A stretch of 64,000 bases of DNA from Desulfomicrobium sp. (GTDB lineage: Bacteria; Desulfobacterota; Desulfovibrionia; Desulfovibrionales; Desulfomicrobiaceae), in assembly GCA_040768745.1 (NCBI GenBank), contig JAXGMI010000002.1, forward strand, positions 544,001 to 608,000. Direction: 5' to 3'. The notes under the pieces are model-generated. The model saw nothing but the letters and a program-made list of their open reading frames with translations. It was not told the DNA's origin and searched no databases. A program made the position numbers and the translations under genes. This document shows positions 50,713 to 59,806 of the stretch, one piece after another; position 1 is the first letter of the stretch; each line of letters begins with the position of its first letter.

Positions 50713-52185
50713 TCAGGCTCCCCAGATGGATTCGAACAAGACCGGATCACTCATCACCCCCGTAAGCGTGATGGGATCTTCGAACACATAGTCGATGACC
50801 GCCTCAGCTTTGGACTGCGTCACCGCATCCCCGGTGACCCGCTCCAGCAGATCGTTGATGCTGGCATCAAACCCTTCCTCCAGCTGCACCGACAGCCTGT
50901 TCACATAGTGCAAAGCCACTTCGTGCTTGTGGGTCAGCAGACTGCGATCCTCATCGCCGCTGGTCGGCGCATAGGCACCCAGGATCAGCTCGCCCACAAA
51001 GGACCCGCGATCGTTCAGATCCGTCGAACCCAAGGCATCCAACCGCTGGGTCCAGTAGTCCCATCCGCCCGTGTCCGGATCGCGGTCAAAGCAGTTCTGG
51101 TAAATGGCCTTGACGAACTCCCGGTTGCTGTCATCCTGCGGAAAAAGGCGCTGGGCCTCCACACTCCACGCGAAGTCCTTGGAGATAGTGGCGAAATCCC
51201 GCCCTCTTTCCAGGAGCTGCTCCTGCCAGAACTCCAGGCCTGAAACATCGGGGGCCCGGCCGAAGAAGGCCAGGTAGAGATCAGTCAGGTGGTCAAGCTG
51301 CTGCTTTGCACTTCCCGAAACCAGATCTCCAACAGGAATAGTGGTCTGGAATGTACTCCCAAACGTCGCCAGTTCCACATCTTCAAGGGTCAGACTGTAA
51401 CCTGCGTAGGTCCCCCTGATTCTCCCCGGAGCTTCCTGGGCCAGGGAATACACGTTGGGAAACATGGGCAGGATGACGGTGTCAATGCCCGCCTCGTCGA
51501 CCACGGTATCAGTTTGAGCAAAGCTGGCGATCAAGATGTCGTTATCCGATGTACCGTTGAGCATTCCACCATCGTCAAGTATCGGGGACTTGACTGTTCG
51601 ATCCGCGAACAACAGAGATTCGACGCTGATCAAGGTATCGCTGACCCCGTTGCCCTCCACCATGATAATGCCATCCTGAGCCATGGATATGGTGTAGAGT
51701 GAAATCTCACCAATGTAGCCGGCCGTGTCGGTGCCGTCCCCTCCATCGATCACATTGATCCCTTCACCGCCAGAAAGGACGTCATCGCCCATCCCACCGT
51801 TGAGGATGTCATCGCCTGTATATGTGTCGAAAAACCAACCTGATGTGCTCAAATCATTGTAGATATCGTTGCCTCCAACAAGATTGTCTATTAACCCGAA
51901 GAAAAAGTCGTATTCGCTCGTTTCGAGCATGGCTGCAAATTCACTTAAACTCAAATAAAAGTCCTCTATTCTTCCTACAGCATTCCCATTGTAGCTAACA
52001 TCTAGTCTGTTGATTACTCCACCATACGAATTAAAATCGAAACCATAAATCTCTACTGTGCACAAACCAAATTTAAAAGAAATATATGTTTGATTTTTTG
52101 ATATTAATTCTGCTTCATTTTCTTCAATTTCCAATAATATTGAATCCAATACTTCCATTGATGCATACGTCGTTATTGTACTCAT
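50713..52185 (-). CDS. RTX Ca-binding repeat / DUF4214-domain surface or secreted protein
   Basis: GGMGDDVLSGGEG, GGDGTD nonapeptides; LYLAFFGRAPDVSGLEFW and IYQNCFDRDPDTGGWDYW. Confidence 0.8.
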   Translation of the reverse strand: MSTITTYASMEVLDSILLEIEENEAELISKNQTYISFKFGLCTVEIYGFDFNSYGGVINRLDVSYNGNAVGRIEDFYLSLSEFAAMLETSEYDFFFGLIDNLVGGNDIYNDLSTSGWFFDTYTGDDILNGGMGDDVLSGGEGINVIDGGDGTDTAGYIGEISLYTISMAQDGIIMVEGNGVSDTLISVESLLFADRTVKSPILDDGGMLNGTSDNDILIASFAQTDTVVDEAGIDTVILPMFPNVYSLAQEAPGRIRGTYAGYSLTLEDVELATFGSTFQTTIPVGDLVSGSAKQQLDHLTDLYLAFFGRAPDVSGLEFWQEQLLERGRDFATISKDFAWSVEAQRLFPQDDSNREFVKAIYQNCFDRDPDTGGWDYWTQRLDALGSTDLNDRGSFVGELILGAYAPTSGDEDRSLLTHKHEVALHYVNRLSVQLEEGFDASINDLLERVTGDAVTQSKAEAVIDYVFEDPITLTGVMSDPVLFESIWGA

Positions 52186-52335
52186 GATATTTTTCCTCTA
52201 AACTTTAAAATAAATAAAAACAAATTTTATATTTGAAAAAACTTTTAACCACTTATAAATTCGTTTTATTTATCATATTATATTGGATATAATTTGCGAA
52301 TTGCTTTGCACAAAAGAGCTTTACATAGGTAATTT

Positions 52336-52596
52336 ACTCGACTTTCGGGGTTGTTAGTAAAGTCGCCGAAACAGAAATCTATCGAGAATAATTGAATATT
52401 TTGATTGAGGGGATCCTCCTTCTGTAGTAGTTCTTTTGTTACCACGCAACAGAACACAAAAAAAGGAATCCCCGCATGCAAACTACAAACAATGCCATCG
52501 ATTTGCAACTCATTAAAAACGAGTGTGAGAGCAGAATCGATTCGTTTTTCAGTCAGTTCGGAATTGCGACCATTGCGCGTAATTCAAGCATCAAGA
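52336..52596 (+). mobile_element. Left-end remnant of an IS4-like element with a transposase N-terminal fragment (52476-52622)
   Basis: Terminal repeat ACTCGACTTTCGGGGTT at 52336; AAGGA RBS; MQTTNN...RIDSFFSQFGIATIARNSSIK interrupted at 52597. Confidence 0.6.
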
Positions 52597-52613
52597 ACTC
52601 GACTTTCGGGGTT
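52336..52613. repeat. Two identical 17-bp copies of ACTCGACTTTCGGGGTT (52336-52352, 52597-52613)
   Basis: Direct observation; second copy overlaps the transposase stop codon. Confidence 0.9.
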
Positions 52614-53427
52614 AGCCATTAGCAGCTAACAGCCTTTGCTCATTGAAAATATAATCGAAATTGCGCCCCAAACTGCGTATTCCGTCTCGGAAAGCCTCAA
52701 GCGGTATGCGTTCGGCCTGGCTCTGAGCTTCGCCAAGTTTCTTCAGGTTTTCCAGGGTGATGCCTAGGATTTGGCACAGTGCCTTGGCGAGAGTGCAGTC
52801 CTCGGCCTCCTCGCAGCAACGATGGAACAGCAGGCCGAGGGTTCTTGGATCTTCCGTTCTGCGTTTCTCGATGCTGAGGAAGATGTATCTGGTCATCACG
52901 ATGGTCGTGTGGGCGATGAGGGCATCGAAGTCCCGGCTTTGGCAGCCTTTCTCCAGTTCCAGATGCTGCTTGGCCGTGCGGAAGAATACTTCGATGTCCC
53001 AACGCTTGCCGTAAATGCGGACCACGTCTTCATCGGCAATGGTGAGGTCAGTGGTAAGCAAGGCCAGCCAGTCTTTCTTGTGCTTGTTTCGCACGAAGAC
53101 GAGTTTGGCCTTGAGGCCATCCTTTAACTCGACTTGGGCGTTGGCCAGGATCTTGGCTCTGCCTCTGCTTTTGCGGATCTGGCTGTAAATCTGCGTCACG
53201 TCCATCTTCTGTCCTTCGAAGATGTAGTGGACCTTGGCCGTGCGTTTGACCATGCAGATGACGGGGATGTGCTTGCACACATCGGAGATCAGGGTGGGCA
53301 TGGCGAACCAACTGTCCATGAGCAGGTACTTGGCCTTGATGCCGGCCTTCAGCGCACGCACAATCATGGGCTCAACCAGTTCTGTCGATTTGGTCACAGC
53401 CTCCTGGCGCCGCCGTGCGCCGCATGA
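52612..53427 (-). pseudogene. 5'-truncated IS4-like DDE transposase
   Basis: LLMDSWF and YGKRWDIEVFFRTAK (YREK) motifs; frame closed by TAA at 53428-53430, N-terminal part missing. Confidence 0.85.
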
Positions 53428-53467
53428 TTACAGGTGGGATACGGTGCGGGGACGGAATCAGGGCCAG

Positions 53468-53501
53468 AAAAAAGGAGTCAGGTTTTTATGCCTAACTCCT
53501 T
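53468..53501 (-). terminator. Terminator downstream of tRNA-Arg
   Basis: On -: AAGGAGTTAGG-cataaaaa-CCTGACTCCTT followed by a T-run. Confidence 0.75.
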
Positions 53502-53509
53502 GATTTCTA

Positions 53510-53586
53510 TGGTGCGCAATGCAAGAATCGAACTTGCGGCCTTTAGCTCCGGAGGCTAACGCTCTATCCAACTGAGCTAATTGCGC
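53510..53586 (-). tRNA. tRNA-Arg(CCG)
   Basis: GCGCAAT/ATTGCGC acceptor stem, TAGCTCAGTTGGATAGAGC D-arm, TTAGC-CT-CCG-GA-GCTAA anticodon arm, GTTCGATTC T-loop, encoded CCA; 77 nt. Confidence 0.97.
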
Positions 53587-53682
53587 ACGGGGAAAGACTT
53601 CCTATGCAGACTGACCAGGCTTGTCAAGCATGGCCGTCTGGGGTAGCCGTGCCCAACACCATCCCCCTTCCAAGGAGCGTCC

Positions 53683-54249
53683 ATGGCCACCTTTCGCCGC
53701 ATCCTGATCGGCATTTCCGGAGCCAGCGGCATGGCCTACGCCATGGCCCTGGTCCGAAACCTGCGCGCCATTCCCGGCCTCGAACTGCACGGAATCATCT
53801 CCGACGGAGCCCGCCAGGTCTTCCGGCATGAGACCGGAGCGGACATGGCGGATCTGGAGGGTTCGTTCCACCGCCTGCACGACGTGGCCGACATCGCCGC
53901 ACCGCCGGCCAGCGGGTCCTGGGAGCACCACGGCATGGTTGTCTGCCCCTGCTCCATGGCCAGCCTGGCGGCCATTGCCGGCGGCGCGGGCACGAACCTG
54001 CTCCACCGGGCCGCTGACGTGACCCTCAAGGAACGCCGGCCCCTGGTCCTCGTCCCCCGCGAAACGCCGCTGAACGAGATCCACCTCAAAAACATGCTCC
54101 GCGCCCACCGCGCCGGGGCCATGATCATGCCCCCCTGCCCCGGCTTCTACCACCGCCCCGAAACCATCGATGCCCTCGTGGCCGGGTTTGTGGGCCGCAT
54201 GCTGGAGCAGCTTGGCCTGGACCACGACCTCTACACCAGGTGGGGCTAA
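53683..54249 (+). CDS. ubiX: Flavin prenyltransferase
   Basis: GISGASG, ASGS, PCSMASLA, RAADVTLKERR, PRETP, PGFY. Confidence 0.93.
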   Translation: MATFRRILIGISGASGMAYAMALVRNLRAIPGLELHGIISDGARQVFRHETGADMADLEGSFHRLHDVADIAAPPASGSWEHHGMVVCPCSMASLAAIAGGAGTNLLHRAADVTLKERRPLVLVPRETPLNEIHLKNMLRAHRAGAMIMPPCPGFYHRPETIDALVAGFVGRMLEQLGLDHDLYTRWG

Positions 54250-54290
54250 AAGAGTTGCCCGCTGGGGCGCTTGATGATAGCCGGGGCTGC

Positions 54291-54941
54291 ATGTTCGATA
54301 TCAGCCAGACCATCCATCATTTTTCCATCATTGCCATCCCGTTTTTTCTCGGGATCACCTGTCACGAAGTGGCCCACGGCTATGTATCCTATCTCTTGGG
54401 CGACCCCACGGCCAAGCAGGCCGGACGGCTGACCCTGAACCCGCTCAAGCACCTCGACCCCATCGGCACCCTGACCCTCATCGTGACCCAGCTCATCGGC
54501 TGGGCAAAGCCCGTGCCCATCAATCCGAGCTACTACAAAGACTACCGGCGGGGCATGCTCTACGTCTCCCTGGCCGGGCCCATGGCCAACTTCATGGTCA
54601 TGCTCTTCTTTGCCGTGGTGCTGAAAATCCTCGTCTCCGTCAGCCAGACCCCCTCTGCAGCCTCGGCCGAGTACATCCTCCGGCCCCTGATCAACATCGC
54701 CGTGGCCGGGATCTTCATCAACGCCGTGCTGGGCGCCTTCAACCTGCTGCCCATCCCCCCCCTGGACGGCAGCAAGATCCTGGCCTGCCTGCTCCCCGGC
54801 CGGTGGGCGGCGCAGTTCATGCAGCTGGAGCGCTACGGGTTCATCCTTCTCCTGCTGCTGGCCTTCACCGGGGGGCTGGGCATGATCCTCTCCCCGGTGG
54901 CCGCCTTTGTGCAAAACATGCTCATCAAACCGCTCCTGTAG
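54291..54941 (+). CDS. Site-2 protease family (M50) membrane metalloprotease
   Basis: HEVAHG, GWAKPVP, FNLLPIPPLDG. Confidence 0.92.
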   Translation: MFDISQTIHHFSIIAIPFFLGITCHEVAHGYVSYLLGDPTAKQAGRLTLNPLKHLDPIGTLTLIVTQLIGWAKPVPINPSYYKDYRRGMLYVSLAGPMANFMVMLFFAVVLKILVSVSQTPSAASAEYILRPLINIAVAGIFINAVLGAFNLLPIPPLDGSKILACLLPGRWAAQFMQLERYGFILLLLLAFTGGLGMILSPVAAFVQNMLIKPLL

Positions 54942-54950
54942 GTTTTCACC

Positions 54951-55964
54951 ATGAAAAAAATGACCGTTCTGACCGGAATCACCACCACCGGCACCCCGCA
55001 CCTCGGCAATTATGTCGGCGCAATCCGTCCGGCCATTGAGGCCAGCCGGGACGAAAACGTCAACTCCTTCTATTTTCTGGCGGATTTCCATTCCCTGATC
55101 AAGTGCCAGGACCCGGCCCGGGTCCATCAGTCCCGCCGGGAGGTGGCCGCCGCCTGGCTGGCCCTGGGCCTGGATACGGACAGGAGCACCTTCTACTGCC
55201 AGTCCGACATCCCGGAGATTCCCGAACTGACCTGGATCCTGACCTGCATGACGGCCAAGGGCCTCATGAACCGGGCCCACGCCTACAAGGCCGCTGTGCA
55301 GGAGAACGAGGAGAACGGCAGCCCGGATCCGGACAAGGGCATCACCATGGGCCTCTACTCCTATCCCATCCTCATGGCCGCCGACATCCTCATGTTCAAC
55401 GCCAATGTCGTGCCCGTGGGCCGGGACCAGATCCAGCACCTGGAAATGGCCCGGGACATCGCCCAGCGCTTCAACCACCATTTCGGTGAGCACTTTGTCC
55501 TGCCCGAGGCCAGGGTGGACGAATCCACGGCTGTGCTGGCCGGTCTGGATGGCCGCAAGATGAGCAAGAGCTACAACAACTACATCCCGCTCTTTGCGCC
55601 CGAAAGCGCCCTGCGCAAGATGATCATGAAGATCGTGACCAACTCCCAGGCCCCGGAAGAGCCCAAGGACACGGAAGGATGCGCCCTTTTCGACATGTAC
55701 CGGGCCTTCGCCACGCCGGAGCAGGTGGGGGAGATGCGCAAGAAGTTCGCCGCCGGCATAGGCTGGGGCCACGTCAAGCAGGAGCTCTTCGAAGTCGTCA
55801 ACGCCCAGCTGGCCGAGCCCCGGAACCGGTATGCCGAGCTGATCACAAACCCCGACTATATAGAGAAGGTGCTCAAGCAGGGCGCGGAAAAAGCCCGGAC
55901 CTCCAGCCGCCCCTTCCTGCACAGAATCCGCCGGGCCGTGGGGATCCGGCCCCTGAGCGACTGA
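54951..55964 (+). CDS. trpS: Tryptophanyl-tRNA synthetase
   Basis: [28 protein letters not shown]. Confidence 0.96.
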   Translation: MKKMTVLTGITTTGTPHLGNYVGAIRPAIEASRDENVNSFYFLADFHSLIKCQDPARVHQSRREVAAAWLALGLDTDRSTFYCQSDIPEIPELTWILTCMTAKGLMNRAHAYKAAVQENEENGSPDPDKGITMGLYSYPILMAADILMFNANVVPVGRDQIQHLEMARDIAQRFNHHFGEHFVLPEARVDESTAVLAGLDGRKMSKSYNNYIPLFAPESALRKMIMKIVTNSQAPEEPKDTEGCALFDMYRAFATPEQVGEMRKKFAAGIGWGHVKQELFEVVNAQLAEPRNRYAELITNPDYIEKVLKQGAEKARTSSRPFLHRIRRAVGIRPLSD

Positions 55965-56033
55965 ATCAGGTCTGGCTTTTGCGCGGCTTCTGGTGTAGGT
56001 GCATAAGAATTCATTTCGCGACGGAGGATGACC

Positions 56034-56663
56034 ATGGGCGCAGCCAAAAAAATCGTACAGTTGGATCGCAAGGCCAGGAAGCCTGAACTGGCCGAAGTCG
56101 CCAAGGACCTGGAAAGCCCCCGGACCGAAGTGATCGACCTGGCCGCCCTGGCCAAAAGCCTGACCAGGTCCCAATGCATGACCGACGAGCAGGTCGAGGC
56201 CTGCCTGCGCGCCCCGGACAGGGCGGTCCAGACCGAGGCGGGCGCGGACCAGGCCGTGGAGCAGGAGACCCAGGAAAGGCCATCTCCGGCAGGCACCCGC
56301 CGGGACATGAGCAAAATGGCCCTGTTCGCCTCTGTGGCCGTGGTCATCCTCTTGCTGGGCTTCTATTTTCACCTCAATCAGAACATCAAGACCCTGACCC
56401 AGCAGGTGCAGGACCTGAGTCTCATCAAGACCGCGGTCTCCAGCCTGGACACCAAGATCAGCACGATGGAATCCAAGGTGGCGGACCTGGAAACCCTGCC
56501 GGCCAAAACCAGGGCCGCGCTGATGAGTTCCATTCTGCAGGAGATGAGCCAAAAGACGTCCTACATGTCCACCCAGCTCGAATCCGAAGAGCAGAAGGAC
56601 AAGCTCATGCGGGCCAAGGAACTGATCCAGCAGGTCCAGGCAGAGCTGAACACCCAGAACTGA
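56034..56663 (+). CDS. Hypothetical single-TM coiled-coil protein
   Basis: GGAGG RBS, central TM helix, heptad-rich C-terminus. Confidence 0.75.
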   Translation: MGAAKKIVQLDRKARKPELAEVAKDLESPRTEVIDLAALAKSLTRSQCMTDEQVEACLRAPDRAVQTEAGADQAVEQETQERPSPAGTRRDMSKMALFASVAVVILLLGFYFHLNQNIKTLTQQVQDLSLIKTAVSSLDTKISTMESKVADLETLPAKTRAALMSSILQEMSQKTSYMSTQLESEEQKDKLMRAKELIQQVQAELNTQN

Positions 56664-56668
56664 TCAGG

Positions 56669-56697
56669 AGGCCCGGTTCCCCGGGCCTCTCTGTTTC
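56669..56697 (+). terminator. Putative terminator
   Basis: AGGCCCGG-ttcc-CCGGGCCT followed by ctctgttt. Confidence 0.5.
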
Positions 56698-56805
56698 CGC
56701 TCCAGACGACGCATGCGCGCAGGCCCGGACCATTCCCGCCTTGTTTGGCCCGTGTGATTCCTGTACGCTGACCGCTGACCCGACCACCCCACGCTGAGGA
56801 CCGCC

Positions 56806-58890
56806 ATGAACCCCCGAAATCCCCTGCTTGACTGGGACGTTTTTCCAGATTTCCCCTCCATCACGGCCGATCACGTGATCCCGGCCATGCAGAGCGTCGT
56901 GACCCGCAGTACGTCCGAGCTGGAAATGCTGGAAAAGGCCAGGCCGCGAACCTGGCATGGCCTGCTCGTGCCCCTGGAACGTCTGTCGGACAGGGTTTTC
57001 CGGACCTGGGGCCTGGCCACCCACCTGCACAACGTCAGGAACAACGCGGCCATGCGACAGGCCTATGCCCAGGCCCAGCCCCTGGTCGTGGAGTTCTCCA
57101 ACCGGATGGGGCAAAGCAGGCCCGTCTACGACGCCCTGCTGGCCCTGCGGGACGGTCCCGGGTTTTCCGGCTTCAGCCACGCCCTGCAACGGACCATCCT
57201 CCTCCTGCTGCGGGACGCGACCCTGCAGGGCGTGGGGCTTTCCGCCGAGGACAGGAAGCGGTTCAATGCCATCAGCCAGGAACTGGCCGAGCTGGCCACC
57301 CGCTTTTCCAACAACGTGCTGGACGTGACCCAGGCCTACGCACTGACCCTGACCAGCCGGGACGAGGTCGACGGGCTTCCCGCGGACTCCCTGGCGCTGG
57401 CGGCGTCCATGTCCAGGGCTCGCGGCCATGCCCAGGCCACGGCCGAGGACGGTCCATGGACCATCACCCTCGACCTGCCGTCCTTTCTGTCCTTCATGCA
57501 GCATGCCACCCGCCGCGACCTGCGTGAAGCGGTGTACCGGGCCTACATCACCAGGGCGTCCAGCGGGGAGAAAGACAACCTGCCCCTCATCGGCCGCATC
57601 CTGTCCCTGCGCAAGGAACTGGCCGCCCTGCTGGGATTCGCGCACTTTGCGGACATGAGCCTGGCCCGCAAGATGGCCCCGGGCGTGGAGCACATCATGG
57701 CCCTGCTGCGCGAGATCCGGCAGGCAGCCACGGACCCGGGTCTGCAGGACCTCATCGAACTGGGCGACCTGGCCCGCGTCCAGGGCCAAAACGAAGAGGT
57801 TCGGCCCTGGGACGTCATGTTCTGGGCCGAGCGGCTGAAGGAGCAGCGCCTCGGTTTGCGCGATGACATCCTGCGGCCCTATTTTCCTCTTCCGGCCATC
57901 CTGCAGGGGCTTTTCGACCTCACGGAGGAACTCTTCGGGGTCCGCATCCAGAAGCGGGATTCAGTCCCGGTGTGGCATCCCGACGCGACCTACTACCGGG
58001 TCATGGACGCAGCGGGCAACGAGATTGCCGGGCTCTTCCTGGACCCCTATGCCAGGCCCCAGGAAAAGCGGAGCGGGGCCTGGATGGACGAACTGACCGG
58101 ACGCAGCACGGCCTGCGCCCCGGCCGGAAGGGAAAGCCGTCTGCCCGTGGCCTACATCAACTGCAACCAGCGCCCGCCCCTGGACACCGCCCCGTCGCTG
58201 ATGAGCTTCCAGGAAGTGGCCACCCTCTTCCACGAGTTCGGCCACGCCCTGCAGCACATGCTGACCACATCCCGGCACGGGTTCGTGGCCGGGATCTCCA
58301 ACATCGAATGGGACGCGGTGGAACTGCCCAGCCAGTTCATGGAGAACTGGTGCTACCAGCGCTCCGTCCTGACCCGCCTGGCCCGCCACCATGAAACCGG
58401 CGCGCCCATGGAACCCGAGCTGGTGGACAAACTTCTGTGCGGCCGCACCTTCCGCTCCGGCTCCAACGCCTTGCGCCAGGTCTCCTTCGCCCTCACGGAC
58501 CTCGCCCTGCACACGGCCGACCCGGACGGACTGGATGTCCTGGACGTGGCCCAGCGCATCGCCAGGGACACCCTGCCTCTTCCTCCCCTGCCCGAAGACC
58601 GGTTCCTGTGTTCGTTCAACCACATTTTTTCCGGGGGGTATGCGGCCGGATACTACAGCTACAAATGGGCGGAAGTCCTCAGCGCCGACGCCTTCGAGGC
58701 CTTTGTCGAGGCCGGGCTTGACGATCTCCAGGCCAGACGGAGCGCTGGGCTGCGCTTCCGGGACACAGTCCTGGCCACTGGCGGAGGTCGGCATCCCATG
58801 GATGTTTTTCGCCTGTTCCGCGGTCGCGTCCCGGATGTCAGGGCCTTGCTCCGCCAGGAAGGGTTCCTCCCCGGCAAGAGGGACAATTGA
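56806..58890 (+). CDS. prlC: Oligopeptidase A (M3 family)
   Basis: NPLL, GAWM, FHEFGHALQH, WDAVELPSQFMENW, GYAAGYYSYKWAE. Confidence 0.93.
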   Translation: MNPRNPLLDWDVFPDFPSITADHVIPAMQSVVTRSTSELEMLEKARPRTWHGLLVPLERLSDRVFRTWGLATHLHNVRNNAAMRQAYAQAQPLVVEFSNRMGQSRPVYDALLALRDGPGFSGFSHALQRTILLLLRDATLQGVGLSAEDRKRFNAISQELAELATRFSNNVLDVTQAYALTLTSRDEVDGLPADSLALAASMSRARGHAQATAEDGPWTITLDLPSFLSFMQHATRRDLREAVYRAYITRASSGEKDNLPLIGRILSLRKELAALLGFAHFADMSLARKMAPGVEHIMALLREIRQAATDPGLQDLIELGDLARVQGQNEEVRPWDVMFWAERLKEQRLGLRDDILRPYFPLPAILQGLFDLTEELFGVRIQKRDSVPVWHPDATYYRVMDAAGNEIAGLFLDPYARPQEKRSGAWMDELTGRSTACAPAGRESRLPVAYINCNQRPPLDTAPSLMSFQEVATLFHEFGHALQHMLTTSRHGFVAGISNIEWDAVELPSQFMENWCYQRSVLTRLARHHETGAPMEPELVDKLLCGRTFRSGSNALRQVSFALTDLALHTADPDGLDVLDVAQRIARDTLPLPPLPEDRFLCSFNHIFSGGYAAGYYSYKWAEVLSADAFEAFVEAGLDDLQARRSAGLRFRDTVLATGGGRHPMDVFRLFRGRVPDVRALLRQEGFLPGKRDN

Positions 58891-59732
58891 TGTCAATCCA
58901 GTGGTTTCCCGGCCACATGCACCGGGCCCGCAAAGAAATTGCCGCCCTCATGGCCAAGGTGGATGTGGTCATTGAGGTGCTGGACGCGCGTCTGCCCACA
59001 TTCAGCGAAAACCCCATGCTGCGCGAATTGCGCGGAACACGGCCCTGCCTCAAGCTCCTGAATAAAAGCGACCTGGCGGACCCACTGGTGACCATGGCCT
59101 GGAAGGAACACTTCCAGCGCGAGGCGGGCACCGTGCCCCTGGAGGTCGTGGCCACGAATGCCAGGGACGCGCGCGCGATCATCGCCCTCCTGCCCAGGAT
59201 GGGGCCGCAGCGGAATCTCGTCATGCAACCCCTGGTCTGCCTCATTCTGGGCATCCCCAACGTGGGCAAATCAACCCTAATGAACACCCTCGTGGGCCGC
59301 AAGGTGGCCCGGGCCGCCAACCAGGCGGCCATCACCACCAAGAAGAAACGCGTGCACCTGAACGACGAGATCACCCTGTATGACACGCCAGGAGTCCTGT
59401 GGCCCAAGATCGAGGACGAGGAGGCATCCTTCATGCTGGCCGGCAGCGGGGCCGTGCGGGAGACGGCCATGGACAACACCGAGGTGGCCGCACGGGTGGG
59501 AAAATATCTGCTCCGGGAATATGCTGACCTGTTGCGGACCCGCTACAAACTGGACGAACTGCCGGAAAACGAAATGGGATTGCTGGTCGAAATCGGAAAA
59601 AAGAGGGGTTGCCTGGTCAAAGGCGGGGAGGTGGACCTGGCAAAGGCGGCCGGCATCCTGCTGAACGAGCTGCGCGCCGGACAGATCGGTCGCATCAGCC
59701 TGCAAAAGCCTCCGGCGTGGCGGGAGGGGTGA
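58890..59732 (+). CDS. ylqF: Ribosome biogenesis GTPase YlqF/RbgA
   Basis: IQWFPGHM, NKSD, GIPNVGKST, DTPG (circularly permuted GTPase). Confidence 0.94.
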   Translation: MSIQWFPGHMHRARKEIAALMAKVDVVIEVLDARLPTFSENPMLRELRGTRPCLKLLNKSDLADPLVTMAWKEHFQREAGTVPLEVVATNARDARAIIALLPRMGPQRNLVMQPLVCLILGIPNVGKSTLMNTLVGRKVARAANQAAITTKKKRVHLNDEITLYDTPGVLWPKIEDEEASFMLAGSGAVRETAMDNTEVAARVGKYLLREYADLLRTRYKLDELPENEMGLLVEIGKKRGCLVKGGEVDLAKAAGILLNELRAGQIGRISLQKPPAWREG

Positions 59733-59806
59733 GCCTTATCGGGGGGAGGAATTTGTGGGTCCTACAGGACGTAGAGGACCTACAGGACCCATGAAGAGCC
59801 CTTGTG

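Larger units (their letters stand above)
34440..53509. mobile_element. tRNA-Arg-anchored defence/genomic island (left boundary approximate, no integrase seen)
   Basis: BREX operon, AT-rich patches and IS remnants between housekeeping blocks, ending at the tRNA 3' end. Confidence 0.65.
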
